DNA of 64,000 nt from Octopus sinensis (Eukaryota): contig NC_043011.1 of NCBI RefSeq assembly GCF_006345805.1, positions 57,052,464 to 57,116,463 on the forward strand, read 5' to 3'. Below the pieces are notes generated by a model. The model was not told where the DNA came from. It did no database searches and was given only the letters and a program-made list of their open reading frames with translations. Positions within the stretch are counted from its first letter, which is position 1; every line of letters starts with the position of its first letter. This document shows, piece by piece, positions 40,309-54,483 of this stretch. Made by a program: the position numbers and the translations under genes.

Positions 40309-40997
40309 GGTAGTAGGGAAGGTTGAGTTATAAGAGATTTTAGCTACTATTTCTAGCAGACACAACAACCACGTACAAAGCGCTACACATTGTTGTATCT
40401 TCAACCATATTAAAACATGTCAACAAAGCAACAAAGCCAAATTGCTTGGAGGTTTTCGCCTCTCCTCTGCCCCATTACCGTCACAAATATGTGACCCAAT
40501 TTTTTAAAAATTAGATGTGCATTTATATTTCTGCTATGATTACAGCCATAAGACAGGCTGACGAGCTGGCTTCCGTTTCATCACACCTCTCCAATTTAAT
40601 TATATCATCATCATTATCAACAACAACAACATAAACAATGAATGCAGTGTAAAATAAATGACTGTTGCATGTGTTTGTTGTTGTCGTAGAGTTCAACTTT
40701 TTCCACAAATAGAGTTTTTCTTAGAAACACAGTTTTAAGTCTATAGAGATGACCCCCACCGGCCAATGGGTTATAGTAACTCATTGCCTCTAGATCTTAA
40801 GAGAATCCATTAAATTAGTCATTTGTGCAGACTAATGAGATTGTGTGCTTTTCTAGAATGAGACAACTGGGCACAGCTGTTTGGTCACTGGCAATCTGGT
40901 GCGGCTGACTTGACAGTGAAGCTGTTTTGGTAACATGCTTTGGCACTGGAGGCAAACAGACACCCATACAGGCAGGCACAGAAATATATACATAAAG

Positions 40998-41177
40998 CTA
41001 GAGAAAGAGAGAGTGGGAGAGAGAAAGAGAGAGAGTGGAAGAGTGGGAGAGAGAAAGAGAAAGTGGAAGAGAAAGAGAGAGTGGAAGAGAGAAAGAGAGT
41101 GGGAGAGAGAAAGAGAGAAAGTGAGGAAGGGAGAGAGAGAGAAAGAAAGAGAAAGTGGAAGAGAGAGAAAGAGAGAG
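40998..41177. repeat. GA-rich polypurine microsatellite/minisatellite
   Basis: Recurrent gagagagtgggagagagaaa units. Confidence 0.9.
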
Positions 41178-41395
41178 ATAACAATTATTGAGTAAAAGTG
41201 AAAGGCTGTCCCATGGGTGTTTTTTTTAAACCCAATACGATTGACATATTTCTCCTTTTCCTCATAAAACAGAGGAGGTGGGGGAGAGAGAGAGAAACTT
41301 TCAAAATGTCTAATGCCAAAGAAATCAGCATTGAATGAGTGATGCCAAAGATGTTCCATCCTCTGCTTTTTATAATTGGTAAAACCACAAAACTA

Positions 41396-42741
41396 CAGGG
41401 TGAGGCAGAGAGGACAGACGTTTTAGAAATGGTTATTACTCAGTCCCAGGAGGAGGGACATATGTCGGACAGGTACCATTCGGTCCGTGATGTCTTAGCA
41501 TTTTTTTTCTTTTCAGGTGAAGCCAAGGCATTCTGGATGATAGAACATCACATGATTGCCAACAACAATTACGTGAAGACTAATGAGTCTGTCACAGCAG
41601 TTCAGCATGAGTTACGGTGCCACTTCAACATTCACCAAAATCAGGCTGTTCCCACCCACTACACAATCTTATGTTGGGTGAATGCACATCATACACGAGG
41701 TACACTAATGAACAAGAGACAGGAGGGGGCGCCACGAATGGTACGGACTCTGGAAAATGCGTAATGCATCAGACAAGCTTTAATATGGAGTCCGAGGTAC
41801 TCTGCTTGGAGGAATTCCACTGAACTTGGCATTGGTAAGTGGTCGGTAAGGCGTATTTTGCATGAAGACCTGCATTTCCATCCATACAAATTGGTCAATG
41901 GTCAACAGTTGAAACCATGGGACTATGCACAGCGGTTTAACTTCACATGTCAGATGGAAGCAATTTTTGAGGCAAATGACAACCTCATTTTGTTAATGAT
42001 TGATGAAGCTCGTTTTCATCTCAATGGCATGGTGAATCAGCAGAACTGTTATTATTGGGCTCTAGAAAATCTGAGAGAACTGCACAAAAGACCCACTGCA
42101 CAGCCCCAAAGTGATGGTCTGGTGTGCTGTTGGAAAAGCTGCCATCATTGGTCCTTACTCTTTTGAAGACAATAATGGAAATGCTGTTACTGTGAACTCT
42201 GAGCGTTACATTGAGATGATAAACAACTTCTTTGCACCTGAATTACAATGAAAACGCATGCCTATTCAACATGTGTGGTTCCATCAGGGTGGGGCAACGG
42301 CTCCCACACAGCCAGAGCATCAAAGGACGTTCTTCACCCTCTCTTCGGTGACTGCCTCATTTCCAGGTTTGCTGACATTCCTTGGCCCCTTTGCCACCCT
42401 GATTTGTCCATGTGTGATTATTTCTTGTGGGGAAACCTCCAGGTACATGTGTATGCACATAAGCCTCATACATTGGATGATTTGAAGGAAGCTATGTACG
42501 GGGAAGTTGCCCAAATCAACAGAGCAATGCTGGGGAGAGTGGAGGCCAACTTCGGAGAACACCTTCAGAAATCCATCAATGAAAATAGACACTACATGAT
42601 GGATGTTGTTTTCCACACTTGATTTTGACAAATGCTAATTCAATACAAACACATTGATGTCAATAAAATTTGTTTGCAGCAAAAATTAATGATTTTGTGA
42701 ATTTTTCAAAAATGTCAATCCTCTCTGCCCCCACCACCCTG
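41396..42741 (+). mobile_element. Full-length decayed Tc1/mariner element of the DD41D (rosa/VS) family
   Basis: TA-cagggtgaggcagagagga ... tcctctctgcc..caccctg-TA termini; N-terminal HTH (NESVTAVQHELRCHF); LHFHPYK, DEARFHLNG, WFHQ(G)GAT and WPLCHPDLSMCDYFLWG, with 41 residues between catalytic positions 2 and 3 after correcting a frameshift. Confidence 0.92.
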
Positions 42742-43779
42742 TATGAAAGTCAATGACAAAAGTTTCCAAGTGGACACTTGACCCTTAGAAAAGAAAGGAC
42801 ATAGTGGAGAATTTAATTTCTAGATAAGTAATGTTCCAGTGCGTAAGAGAAGGACAAGATGTCATCACTGGAACGGTTTGCTCAGTCCAGTGATGATCTT
42901 TGTCTAAACAAAAACAATTAAAAACAAGATTAAAACAACCAAATCGGCACTCAATACAAATCGTCTAAAAATATTTCATCAATATTTAATCACAACAGCA
43001 ATACCATTTTTTTTTTATTTATTTTGATAAATTTCAAAAAGAAAAAAAAATGTTAATAAAGTTATGTAAAGGAGGAGACTAAATCCACCAGTGTTGTCAT
43101 TTTAAAGCCTTACTTTGTCATGCTAGCATGGTTCAGACTGAATTCAAGGAGACAAGATTTTACAGCTGGATGCCCTTCCTGTCACCAACCTGTTTCCAAC
43201 CAAGGTAATATTCTCCCATGACCAGGCATGTTTTTACAGAAGACTGGAAAGGAACAAGCCCACTTGTATGACAATGATACTCATTTATAATTATCTTGTC
43301 TTTACAAGGAAGCACACACACGATTCTTTCATTTTCTGGTTACAAAATCCATTCACAAGAATCAGGTTGGCCTGGGTCTATAGACGACACTGCCCCAAGA
43401 TACCAAATATCTACATAAGCAGAGATTAAAAATTGATGTCTTAATATGGCCAAGTCAATAAAATGTTGGGCCACCAGCCAAAAGATTACCAGTTCAAATC
43501 ATGTGGCCAGTGGTCAATGATATTGAACAGCATCAACAATCAAGAAAATTCATACAAGCTGACTTAATTACATATACAGATTCACTGAGTAAGCAGGGAG
43601 AGCACTGTATAGTTAATGAGTGCTCCAAACCATATACGTCTTCTATAATTCTACTGGATATGCATGAACAAAATCTAAGCAGAACATTAAACAATCATTC
43701 TGTCTCAAACTAAAAGCACACTTTTCTTTTATTACCATCAACACAATGGGCTCTGCCCCTCACCCCAAACTCTCTCTGG

Positions 43780-44105
43780 TCCTTACTAAGACTTAGGCCA
43801 CTGGCAATGGTTCATCATATTTTCCTATCCTGAGCTTTGCTCTTTAACCCAACTCAGGTGTACTTTGCTTTTACCATGCTTGTAGGATCCTGTGCCAGGT
43901 AATTCCTAACCATTTCTAGTATCCTTGGAAATTTCATGTAAGGACCTATCTGGCAGTGCTTGCTACTGGCATGCACAATGTTCCCAATCCATTGCTGCCT
44001 CTCCCTTGCTATCTCTTGTTCAGCAGGTGATTAATAGGCCCTGAATCAGAGATTTGTGTTGCTGATCTGGTCTGGCCAGTTGACACCGAGGATTGTTCGA
44101 TATCC
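43780..44105 (-). mobile_element. Ancient RTE LINE C-terminal remnant (different family)
   Basis: Minus translation RTILGVNWPDQISNTNL*..EQEIARERQQWIGNI resembles the RTE pattern RRILxIxWPDxISN..RRWxWIGH. Confidence 0.6.
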
Positions 44106-44996
44106 ATTCAAAATAACTTTTGTCATCCTTACTGCATATATATTAACTCAACCAACACACCCTCCTTCTTAAAATACATCCCAGAAAACACACACACACA
44201 GATGCACGTGGATTGGTGAATGTTTTGTTTTTTTTTAAACAAGGAAAAGACTGTGTATATTTTATTAGAAATCGAAACTTCTTAATCTGTAACTTAGTTT
44301 CATGGTATTGATTATTCAACTAAATGAAGTAGTGAAGCAGTACTATTATTTAATCAAAACCATTTGCAAACACATCAAAATATAGTCAACAGTAAGTAGA
44401 GAGAGATTTGATTGGTTGTTAAAAGAGTCAGTAGAAAATGTCTTACACTGATCTTCAATTGTCATGTATAACATTTTCATCTAGTCACAAAAACATGCTT
44501 GATTTTTGTAAGTGACTCAGTCAAGTGTGTGTGTGATTGTTTTCTTTGTGTTGTGAGTTGGTGACCTCACTACTGCAGGTGTTACGAAAAAAAAAAAAAA
44601 CAGGTGCACATTGGAGATGCCATTAAACCATAGAATCCACGCCAAAACAGACACTGGAGCTTAATGCAGTCCTCTGGTCAGTTGGATTCAGTCAAACTGA
44701 CCAATCCATGCCAGCATGGAAGACAGGTGTTAAATGATGTTGATCATAAATAAGTCTGCTTTGCAACCATGTGGCTCCAGGTTTGACTTTACTGTGGTGG
44801 GCACCTTAGACAAGAGTCTTTTACTATTGCCTTTGGCTATCTGATGCAGTGTCAGTGAAATTTAGTAGAGGGAAACAGTGCAGAAGCCTCTTTTGTGTGT
44901 ATATGTAGATAAAACTAAATATTGTTACGTCCAGAAGAGAACTCCACACAACTGTAGAGTTTGAAGAATTTTAATGTATGATTCTTCAATAATCGT

Positions 44997-45395
44997 TCAT
45001 CATTTAACATCTGTTTTCCATGCTAGCATGGGTTGGACGGTTCGACCGGGGTCTGGGAAGCCAGGAGGCTGCACCAGGCCCAGTCTGATCTGGCAGTGTT
45101 TCTACAGCTGGATGCCCTTCCTAACGCTAACCACTCCATGAGTGTAGTGGGTGCTTTTTACGTGCCAGGCAAGGCTGGCAACAGCCACGATCGGTTGGTG
45201 GTTTTTACATGCCACTGGCACGGAGGCCAGTTGAGGTGGCGATGGCAACGGCCACGTTTGGATGGTTCTTTTACGTGCCACCGGCACTGGTATCACAACT
45301 ACAATTTCCATTGATTTTTGATCGATTTCAATTTCACTTGCCTCAACAGGTCTTCGCAAGCAGAGTTTTGTGTCCCAAGAAGGACATTCTCACAT
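44997..45395 (-). mobile_element. RTE LINE 3' UTR fragment
   Basis: catcatttaacatctgttttccatgctagcatggg... with tandem units; inverted relative to the 36055 and 47020 copies. Confidence 0.85.
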
Positions 45396-47019
45396 ATACA
45401 GTGTTTCTGTTGTTGACTTTTGTCCCGTAATGTAGCAGCATGGCAAATAGAGATCAATAAAACAAGCAGTGGGGGTTGATATGATTGAGTGAAACCATTT
45501 CCGAGCAGTGCCTTGTCATAGCAGCAGTCCAGTGACTGGCACCAGGAAGAAAAAGACAAGAATAACTTGAATGTAATTCTCAGAAAGATTCAGTGTGACA
45601 CAGAATGTGACAAGGTTGAGCCCTTCAAATACAGGGACCACTCATTTTTGCCAGCGGATTGGAGCAACGTGAAATGAAGAGTCTTGCTCAAGGACACAAC
45701 CCACTGCTGAAAATTGAACTCATGGCTTTACAATTGGGAGATGAATACCCCAACCACTCAGCTACAACATGCTTTCACTTACCTACCCACAAGGGGACAT
45801 ACGGACACACACACACGAATATGTATTTAGTTCCACCAGTGAAATAACTGAAATTTAGTCTGTTCAAACTCATTCATGCCAAAACACAATATCAATATCA
45901 AACACAAACAAACCTCCTCATTAATATTCCATATCAGTGCTTTTTTTTTTTTTGTGTGTGTGGAGACGGTTCCATTAAACTTTTACATTCACTCCCACCT
46001 CCCCACTACACCCTCTACCACTACTACAACTAAGTCCACCACCTGCGGAAAGCCTCCTAAACATTCTGACATCTGTTGTACATGTCCAATAAGAGGCTGC
46101 AACATCATCCGATTGGTCGGCTTTCAACAGACTATCCTTTAGCCACATACATATTTGATGTGAGTCTGAAACCAAACAGAATACCAAAATCTCATCACCA
46201 CTTCCGGAAATCGCTTAAGACTCACAAAACTCTCTCTTCCAATGAATACTTAGCATGTATTAGCATGCATATATACATAACATAGACTCATTAATTAGTG
46301 CTAATTATGATTAACACAGACAAGAAACCATTAAACAGAGAATCTAAAGTACAATGTTCTTTAGAGATACATAACTGGAACATTTCCCCACCGACATCAG
46401 TTTCATTTAAGTCTAAGACCTAGATATATATTCCTCATCGTCTTCAATCCGCTTTTCCCTGCTCGCATGACTCACATTCTCGACAGATTGATGGAACAGC
46501 CAAACTAGCTAAGTTACAGCAAAGCCAAGCCAGCTAACTGTACAACAACAACAACAATTTACTACATGACAACAACAAGCCACTCCATGGTAATTTGGAT
46601 TTTTAACAAGATGCTGAATAAACTATCTTTTAATTAGAAAGAGAAGAAAATATTTCTTATTTAAAGAAAAAGTTCTTTTGTGTCAATTTATCAACAGGGG
46701 CTGTCATATTCACACCTAATACTAAAATATACCAAGTACTTCTCTCCTCGAGGCCACAGGCAGTTTTACATTTTGCTAATTTAAAAAAGAAGCAGTTGGT
46801 TAAGACATTTGTGCTGAGACATGAAAGAATTTGTGAGTGAGGAATGTCAACCGTATCACCTTGAGAAGCCTTGTTCAGTTAACAGAAAGCATGGGTGGGC
46901 AATTGCCAAGTAGTAGATGAGGATCCAAACACTAAATTTTCAGCAACACTTCTTTAGTGCTAATAATTTTGATGCTGCAAGTGTATTGAGCTGATACAAA
47001 CAGTAGAATAATCATTAAC

Positions 47020-47391
47020 ACAGCCATGTGCCAGCAGCATGTAAAAACCACCAACCGATTGTGACCGTTGCCAGCCTCCCCTGGCACCTGTGCCGGTGGC
47101 ATGTAAAAAGCACCATCTGTACGTGGTCGATGCCAGCACCACCTTGACTAGCTTCCATGCCAGTGGCACGTAAATGGCACCAACCAATCGTGGCCGTTGC
47201 CAGCCTCCCCTGGCACGTAAAAAGCACCCACTACACTCATGGAGTGGTTGGCGTTAGGAAGGGCATCAAGCTGTAGAAAAACTGCCAGATCAGACTGGAG
47301 CCTGGTGCAGCCCCGACTTCCCAGACCCTGGTCGAACCGTCCAACCCATGCTAGCATGGAAAACGGACGTTAAACGATGATGATGATGATG
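47020..47391 (+). mobile_element. RTE LINE 3' UTR fragment
   Basis: Four tandem ggca(c/t)gtaaa units and a (GAT)n tail. Confidence 0.85.
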
Positions 47392-47494
47392 TTGCTAAAA
47401 GCAGAGTCTTTGATTGGCTCTGGTTACATTACTTGGCAATAATGTCTGTTAATTAACTCCATTAATTAAGTAGAGTGAAAACATGTTTAAGATG

Positions 47495-47860
47495 CAATCA
47501 TGGCTGTGTGGTTAAGAAGCTTGCTTTGCAACAACTTGGTCTTGGGTTCAAGCCCTACAGCACAGCACCTTAAACAAGTGTCTTCTACTATAAGCCCTGG
47601 TTGATGGTAACTTGTGTGGAATCCTGTAGGTGTGTGCATCTTTGTGTTTGTCCCTCAACACTATTTGATAACTGGTACTGGTTTGTTTACATCCCTGTAA
47701 CTTAGCGGCTCAGCAAAAAGAGATCAACAAACTAAGTACCAGATGGGAAAAAAAATAAGTACAGTGGTTGATTTTTTTTTTTTTCAATGAAACCCTTCAA
47801 TGTGGTGGTACTCCAGTATGGCCACAATCCAAGGACAAACAAGTAGAAAGACAAAAGACA
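47495..47860 (+). mobile_element. CORE-like tRNA SINE
   Basis: catggctgtgtggttaagaagcttgc..gggttcaag..gcaccttaaacaagtgtcttctacta.. Confidence 0.75.
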
Positions 47861-49559
47861 GAGAGAATATGAAGAGGTTGCATGTGAGAAGAATCGACCG
47901 AAAGAAGAGGGGGTGGAGTGCTTTACGTGGTTCAGTTGCTGATGCTATGTATAAAGCAACCAGTAAACTCTGTAAAATGGTTGGCACTGGGAAAGGCATC
48001 CAGCGAGAGAAACTAGGTCAAAACGGGCTACGGAGCCAGGTATGGCTCTCCAGCCTTGCCAGCTCCTCCTCTCAAGCCATCCAACCCATGCCAACATAGA
48101 AAAACAGATGTTAAATAATGATGATCATCATCATCTCTTTCTATCTCTCGAGTCCATCTCTCACAGATGTTGATGTTGCCTTCCCTCTAAGGGAGGAGGA
48201 GGAGGACCTCTAAAAGAGTACCTTGTAAGGGTTAGCTGAACCAATGATATCCAACAAAAATATTAATCTTCAGTCCAGTCTAAAGAAAGCAATTTAAATT
48301 GCACCAAATGCATCGGATTAAAAAACATGTAGAGTGTGGAATTCTACTAATCTGATTAATGTTGTTATGTCTGAAATCTTAATAAGAAAGGTCAAATTTC
48401 TTTTTAGACAGATTTTGAAGGTGAGGCTTTAGTGAAAATGAACTTGTGACACCTAATTAGAAGGTGATGAGCCGTTAAACAAAAGTAAACAACACCAATT
48501 TCATTTGGTGTTTTAATTGTAAACCTTATCAAAAAGATTTCTTCCTTGGCCATTTTTGAAAATATGCAATTAACTTATTTGTTAAATGGAGAAGAGGAGA
48601 GGTGGTGGTGAAGATGGTGGTGGAATGTGAATCACATTGAAAATGAAATATCTTAATCCTTCAAAGTATATATAAACACTTGATGTTTGCACTTGATACA
48701 TTGAAGTATCGTGTAGTATTATCCACTCGTCATCCGACCAATGAAAGTAGCCGTCGTTAAAAACCTCGGCTAATGTCAAGGTTAAGTCTGGAACAACATT
48801 TGGCAGAAGTAAGAGTGGAGTCGAAAGAATTAACAAATAAAAAAAGGGAACAAACTGGTTTTTTACTATTAAAAAGTTGAATAAATTGGAAAACAAAACA
48901 GGGGAGAAGCAATCTAAGAATAGCACAACATAGGGTTCCTGAAAAAAACAAAAAAACAGGAGAACAGTTTCTGTCACAAGACCAGACAATTGATACACCG
49001 AAGCAATAACATAGTTTCAAGTTTAGAGAAACAAATTTAGGATGATATTACAGTAAATAAATTGGGTTGGTGGGGCATCGTTGTTTTTATTGTAAAACAT
49101 TTGCATGAAGAATAAGCTAACAGCAGCAATTCATTTGAAATATAATTCACTGTGAAATATGGCTGTCTATAACTTGACATTTTGCTATTTAGTGTATATA
49201 TATATATCATATAAAGTAGTGGGGAGGAGAACATTTCTTAGGGGTGTTCTTTGGGAAAGAGTTGCATACAATATATCAGGCCAGTGATTCTCACCCTTTT
49301 GTACACAAGTGTCCCCTATCATCAAATGGTACTTCACAAAATGCCCCCTTTCCCATGTTTTGCAAAAAAGAAAACCACTGGATTATTCAAATCAAACAGC
49401 AGCTAATTCTGTGTCTTTATACCATCTCGTATAGTGTGTGCCCTGCTTTTTAGATATTTGAGCAGAGTTGTGCTGCCTAGGTTTCATCCTTTAAACATTA
49501 CAAAGGAAAGCAAGGGCTTATATAATGAAATTATAATACTGAGCTCTGGGGCATCACTT

Positions 49560-50335
49560 TACACTCATGTTGACTGTCCTGAGCAGGTCTTTTCAAGCAT
49601 CATCTCTCACCAATTGTCTCAGTTTTTTGTCATCTTTTCCACAAGGCTCAAAATCTCAACATCAGCCTTCACAATTTCATCTCACTCTCCTAGGGTCTCC
49701 CTCTTTAACAAGTGACTAACACTTCTTTATACAGCTGCCCTCATCTGCATGTCCTAGCAATCTTCTCTCCAGCACACAACACTTGATTCATCATATACCC
49801 AACATATTTCTCTCAATGTATTTGCAATTCATCATTTCTGCACACCCAATGGAGCATGCTAACTTTTTACTCTTCACAACTCCTCCACATTCATGGCCCA
49901 CATCTAACCCTAACCATATAGCAATGCTGTTTGTACACAAGCATCATGCAATCTGTCTTTCACTCTGAGAGAGAGAGAGAAACCTTTTATTACAAACAGT
50001 AGTAGTAGCTCTCTGAACTTTCTGCAGTCTGATCATACTCTAGCTATCGTTATACTTTCAGACTCTCCACCTCTACTGCTAATTAGGTCACCAAGGTAAC
50101 AGAAGTAATCTATCATCCCTGGGGAATCTCCTGAGCAATTGAGAAAATCTATTTCCTGTACGCTCTTAATGATTATTAATCCTATGCATCAGTCATGGAC
50201 AGAGTCTGCTTTCTCTCTTAACCTGCCTCTGATACCAGTGCAGCTCTTATGTGTCTGAATTTGCACTGGGTACACCATAGGGAATTACTACCTACCTCTT
50301 CTCTACATATTAAATAAGGCCATTTCTCCGAGTGG
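49560..50335 (-). mobile_element. Old RTE LINE ORF2 remnant, same family as 7839-8857
   Basis: KWPYLICREEVGSNSLWCTQCK/HKSCTGIRGRL, FCYLGDLIS and KFRELLLLFVIKGFSL across frameshifts and stops. Confidence 0.75.
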
Positions 50336-51625
50336 TAGCAGAGTCCTATCTGTTTTCCTACTTACTCAAATCTCCCTCAGATCACATCCTATCATCTCAA
50401 CAAAATACGACACATTGTCTAATAGAGTCCAAAGTACACACTATCTTCATCACCATCATCATTTTATGTCCATTTCTCCACATTTGCGTGGGTCAGTTAG
50501 AATTTGTTGAGACAGGTTTTCTATGGCCAGATGCACTTTCTGTTGCCAACTCTCACCCATTTCTAAACAAGACAATACTTCCCAAGGCCAGCCATGGTTC
50601 TCACTGATGACTGGAAGTGATCATTACTTGTTTGATAGCAATGCTCATTAACAATCATCACATGATGTCTAGATAAGGGTAGATACACACACAAACACAT
50701 ATGACAGGCTTCTTTCAGTTTCCATCTATGAAACCATCTCACAAGGATTTTGGTTAGCAATAACAGAAAAACGAGAGAATGATTATTGCAGGAATTGATC
50801 TTAGGTTTGCTGATTTTGAGATGACCTGGGGTTAAACAATAAGTTTTCTTCAATTCTAGTCCTTAAATTTCATTGTCATTTATTCTTCCTGTATTGTTTG
50901 TCTTTATTCGTTCATGAAATTCTGCTCGTAAAACAGATTCCTCACAGTTGTTTGTGAAGGACGTAAAACTACAGTTGTTCCATTTGTGGCCAAGAAACCA
51001 CAAATAATGGTATTTACACCATGATGGCAAGGAGTCTAACAATGCAAGCTTGTTATTCATATTATTTCAATAAAACATAACTTTTTCTTCTTCCACCCCC
51101 CCACCCCCCAGTAATTATGACAATGGAAATAGTTATGACAATAAAAACCCAGCATAAATTGGGTGCGCAAACGGTCGTGTTAGACTGTGTTTTCATTTGG
51201 CAATATTTTGATTGTAACTTCAGGAAACGCTGTCAAGGAACTCCTTCACTATTTTGTTCTTAAAAACAATGAAGGAAAGACAAAAAAAAAAAAAAAATGG
51301 ACCAAACCCAGTTTGGCAACAAAACTGGTTTTGTTTTAACATTGATTCACTTGAGTTGAATATTTTTCAGGAATGGATTCATCGTGTCAAATAACAACTT
51401 GTACACATAATGAAAAGAAAAAGAAAAAAAAAACAATCTATTTATAGTTTCATTGCTGTAATGTTTGAGAGCCAGCCATAGGACTTGTTTCTGAATTTGC
51501 ATTTTTTGACATACAAATGTATGATGTAATAATAAATCCAACCTACTTGTCTACATTTATGTGAAAAATAATATTAGCAAAATAACATTAATAGCAGACA
51601 AAGAAACCAACAAAAAAAGAGGAGC

Positions 51626-51850
51626 CTAACCCTTTCGCTACCGTATTTTGAGATGCTCTGTGTTTCTTTCAATAATTTTAAATGTAACAAAGAATTTAGT
51701 AAAATAACTTAGTTATCATTAAGCTAGTGTTAAGAACATAAATTGTGACTAAGATTTGGTGGAAGATTTGAATTCAAAACTTATGAAAAGAAGACATTTA
51801 TACTACAGAGCCAGAGCCGGTTTAGGCCAGGTTGGTAACGAAAGGGTTAA
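51626..51850. mobile_element. TTAA MITE copy (opposite orientation)
   Basis: cTAA-ccctttcgctacc ... ggtaacgaaaggg-TTAA; reverse complement of the 26303 copy. Confidence 0.87.
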
Positions 51851-52827
51851 ACGCAAAACAATTGTTGCAAGACCCCTAATCCTTTAGCAATGCAGATTAC
51901 TTTGTCAAACTGAATTACACCATTTCTTTGATGATAACACTTGTCTACAATTAGCATTTTGACATTGAGGCATGGAGATATAAAAACATGCACACACACA
52001 CACAACAGGCTTCTCTTAATTTTCCCCTACCAAATTCATTCATAAGGCTTTGGTTGACCAAGGGCTCTAGTTGAAGACACATGCCTAAGGTGCTGCCCAG
52101 TGGGGTTGAACCTAAAACCACATGATAAAAGGATAAGTGATGCTGTTGGACAAGAAATAAGGTTTCTAAACTTGAAATAATTATTTCTTAATTCAGACTG
52201 AAAGGTAAAAAAAGAAAAAGACAGGGACCAGGAAGGGAAGTAGTTGTGATAAGGGGCATTCATGCCATTCTCAAGGTCATTGGAACTGTATGTGAATTAA
52301 AACTGGGTCACTGATTCTATTTATAGAAATTATTTTGTAATTCAACACGACCATAAAATATAAAGATAATGATTTTTCAATTATGCATACAGCTCTAGGC
52401 AAGTAGCTGACTACCCTACATCTAAAGTAGAATACCCACCATAGTGAATAATTAATCTAACTGATGGAGGAAATATGAAATCACAACCATTAACAGTTTA
52501 CACACACACACACACACCACACACACACACACACACATTTCGTGTATATTCACCAGCACTCTTACGTGTAAATGTGCACAAATTTTTCTTATTTGATTAT
52601 TCATTTATTGAATGGCGTAATGGGTAAACTATTTGAAAAATATGAATTATCCACGTGACATTGTAATTGTTTTTACAATTTGTTCAAGAACTCTCCAGGG
52701 AAATACCATTATCACTGGTATATAAATTAAAAACTCCTCAATTTCTCACTAGTTTGATAAGTGCTAACACATGAAACTCTCGGCCCTCGAGTCACTATGT
52801 AACCTCAGCTAAATAATAATAACCATA

Positions 52828-52859
<32 letters not shown>

Positions 52860-54483
52860 AAAGGGTTATATAAGACTTTTCAGCTTTACTGAAAATGAAA
52901 TAAGAGGAAGAGGAGGTGTATGTTGCTGTAATCTGAGTTAACATTTTTGTCATGACAAATTTTTCCCCCCCTCTCTAATGAAAGACTGATTCAAGTATTA
53001 GTCGACTTCATAACATGGTACTCCTACATAAAGACCTTCCGTTTGTTCTGTTTTATATCGGGTCTTGTGAACAACATGGTAAGGGAGTGACTGTGCAACT
53101 TGGGCAGAGCTACAACAAAGTATTTTTGTTCCAAAGCAACGTCTCCTCTGTCGTCTCCATGTATACTAGTTTTTCACCGATAAACAGGAACAAAAGAGAT
53201 CTGGTAACATCTGACTATTCAAAGAGACGCTCAACTCAAGGTTAAAGGCAGAAGAGACTTGCCTCAAATCTCAAGAGGACGAGCAATGGAACTGAAACTG
53301 AAAACATTTGGTTGCAGAATTCACTTGTTAACTACACAGCGATACCAGTTTTTATATAGCCAACACTGATTCATGTCATATATATATATATAGCCGAAAT
53401 CATGAAGATAATCTGGTACTCGACTGAGGAAAGAAAACTTCAAATGACTCGTCCTTGGTTTCTTTGTATCGTCTATCTGGATACCACCCACCACAACAGA
53501 ATTGAGATCCTAAAACCAAGGTGTCATATAAAAAGCACTGTACATTTGCAAAGCAGTTGGCATTAGAAAGGGCATCGGACCATAGAACCCAAGGCAAAAC
53601 AGATTATGGAATCCTGGTGTGGCCCCTGATTTTGCCAGTTCCTGTCAAGCCGTCCAACCCATGCCAGCATATACAATCATGGCCATCACTCATGAGTATG
53701 AATTGATAACACGTCCCATACTTTCAATAATTCTTTCAGGTGCCTGAGTGGTCTTGATCAGACAGACACACCTCCTCAAGGCTCTCCCACCAATGACCCA
53801 GCAGAACATTGGGGATGTGGCAGCTGGAGGTAAAATGGGTCGCTGCAGCAGCACTTGACTGCGACTCGTTTTCAGCTAAGTAGACTGGAGCACAGTGTGG
53901 AATGAAATGCCTTGATCAACGATACAATGCACCACTTACTCTAGGAATAGAATGCATAACCTTGTGATCGTGTACTTAACAGCCTAAGCACGAGGTGACC
54001 TACTTTCACACACACAGCCCAACACCAACCTACTCAGATTGATGATTGCTCTTATAATATTGTGAGAAAATACACATATCATATTTAATATGGTTCTAAA
54101 AATTTTGACAAGACTAGCAATTTTGAGAGGAGGGGCAAGCTGATTATATCGAGCCCAGTACTTAAATGGTACTTATTTTATTGCCCCCCCCCCTCCAAAA
54201 AAAAAAAGATGAATGTCAAAGTTGACCTTGGTGGGATTTGAACTTGGAATGTTAAGGGCTGGAAGAAATGCCACTAAGCATTCTGTCTGATGCCCTAATG
54301 ATTCAGCCAGCTTGCTGCCATATATGGGATATCAGTTAATACACAACAATAAAGTTAAAAATACTAAACAAGGATTAAACCTGATAAATTTTGCAATTAA
54401 TATAAGGATCATGTCTAGAAAGAGAAGTTGTTTGGGAATGTGCTGACTTAAACAAACAAACAACACGTAACTCCTTCAAATGT

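Noticed and set aside
40830-40966. Minus-strand ATG GGT GTC TGT (MGVC...) as a candidate UBTD exon 1 with a myristoylation-like start
   Set aside because: No convincing phase-1 donor and no similarity to the MGGCxG N-terminus beyond four residues; exon 1 is probably outside the window
40853-41359. 168-aa ORF and overlapping RE/SL-rich ORFs
   Set aside because: Products of the GA-rich repeat
45975-46187. GC-richer unique patch with short ORFs on both strands
   Set aside because: No recognisable protein motif or consistent splice pair; cannot support an exon
47020-47230. Regularly spaced short repeats resembling a CRISPR array
   Set aside because: The spacers are related to each other and the block is the RTE 3' UTR minisatellite; eukaryotic context, no cas genes
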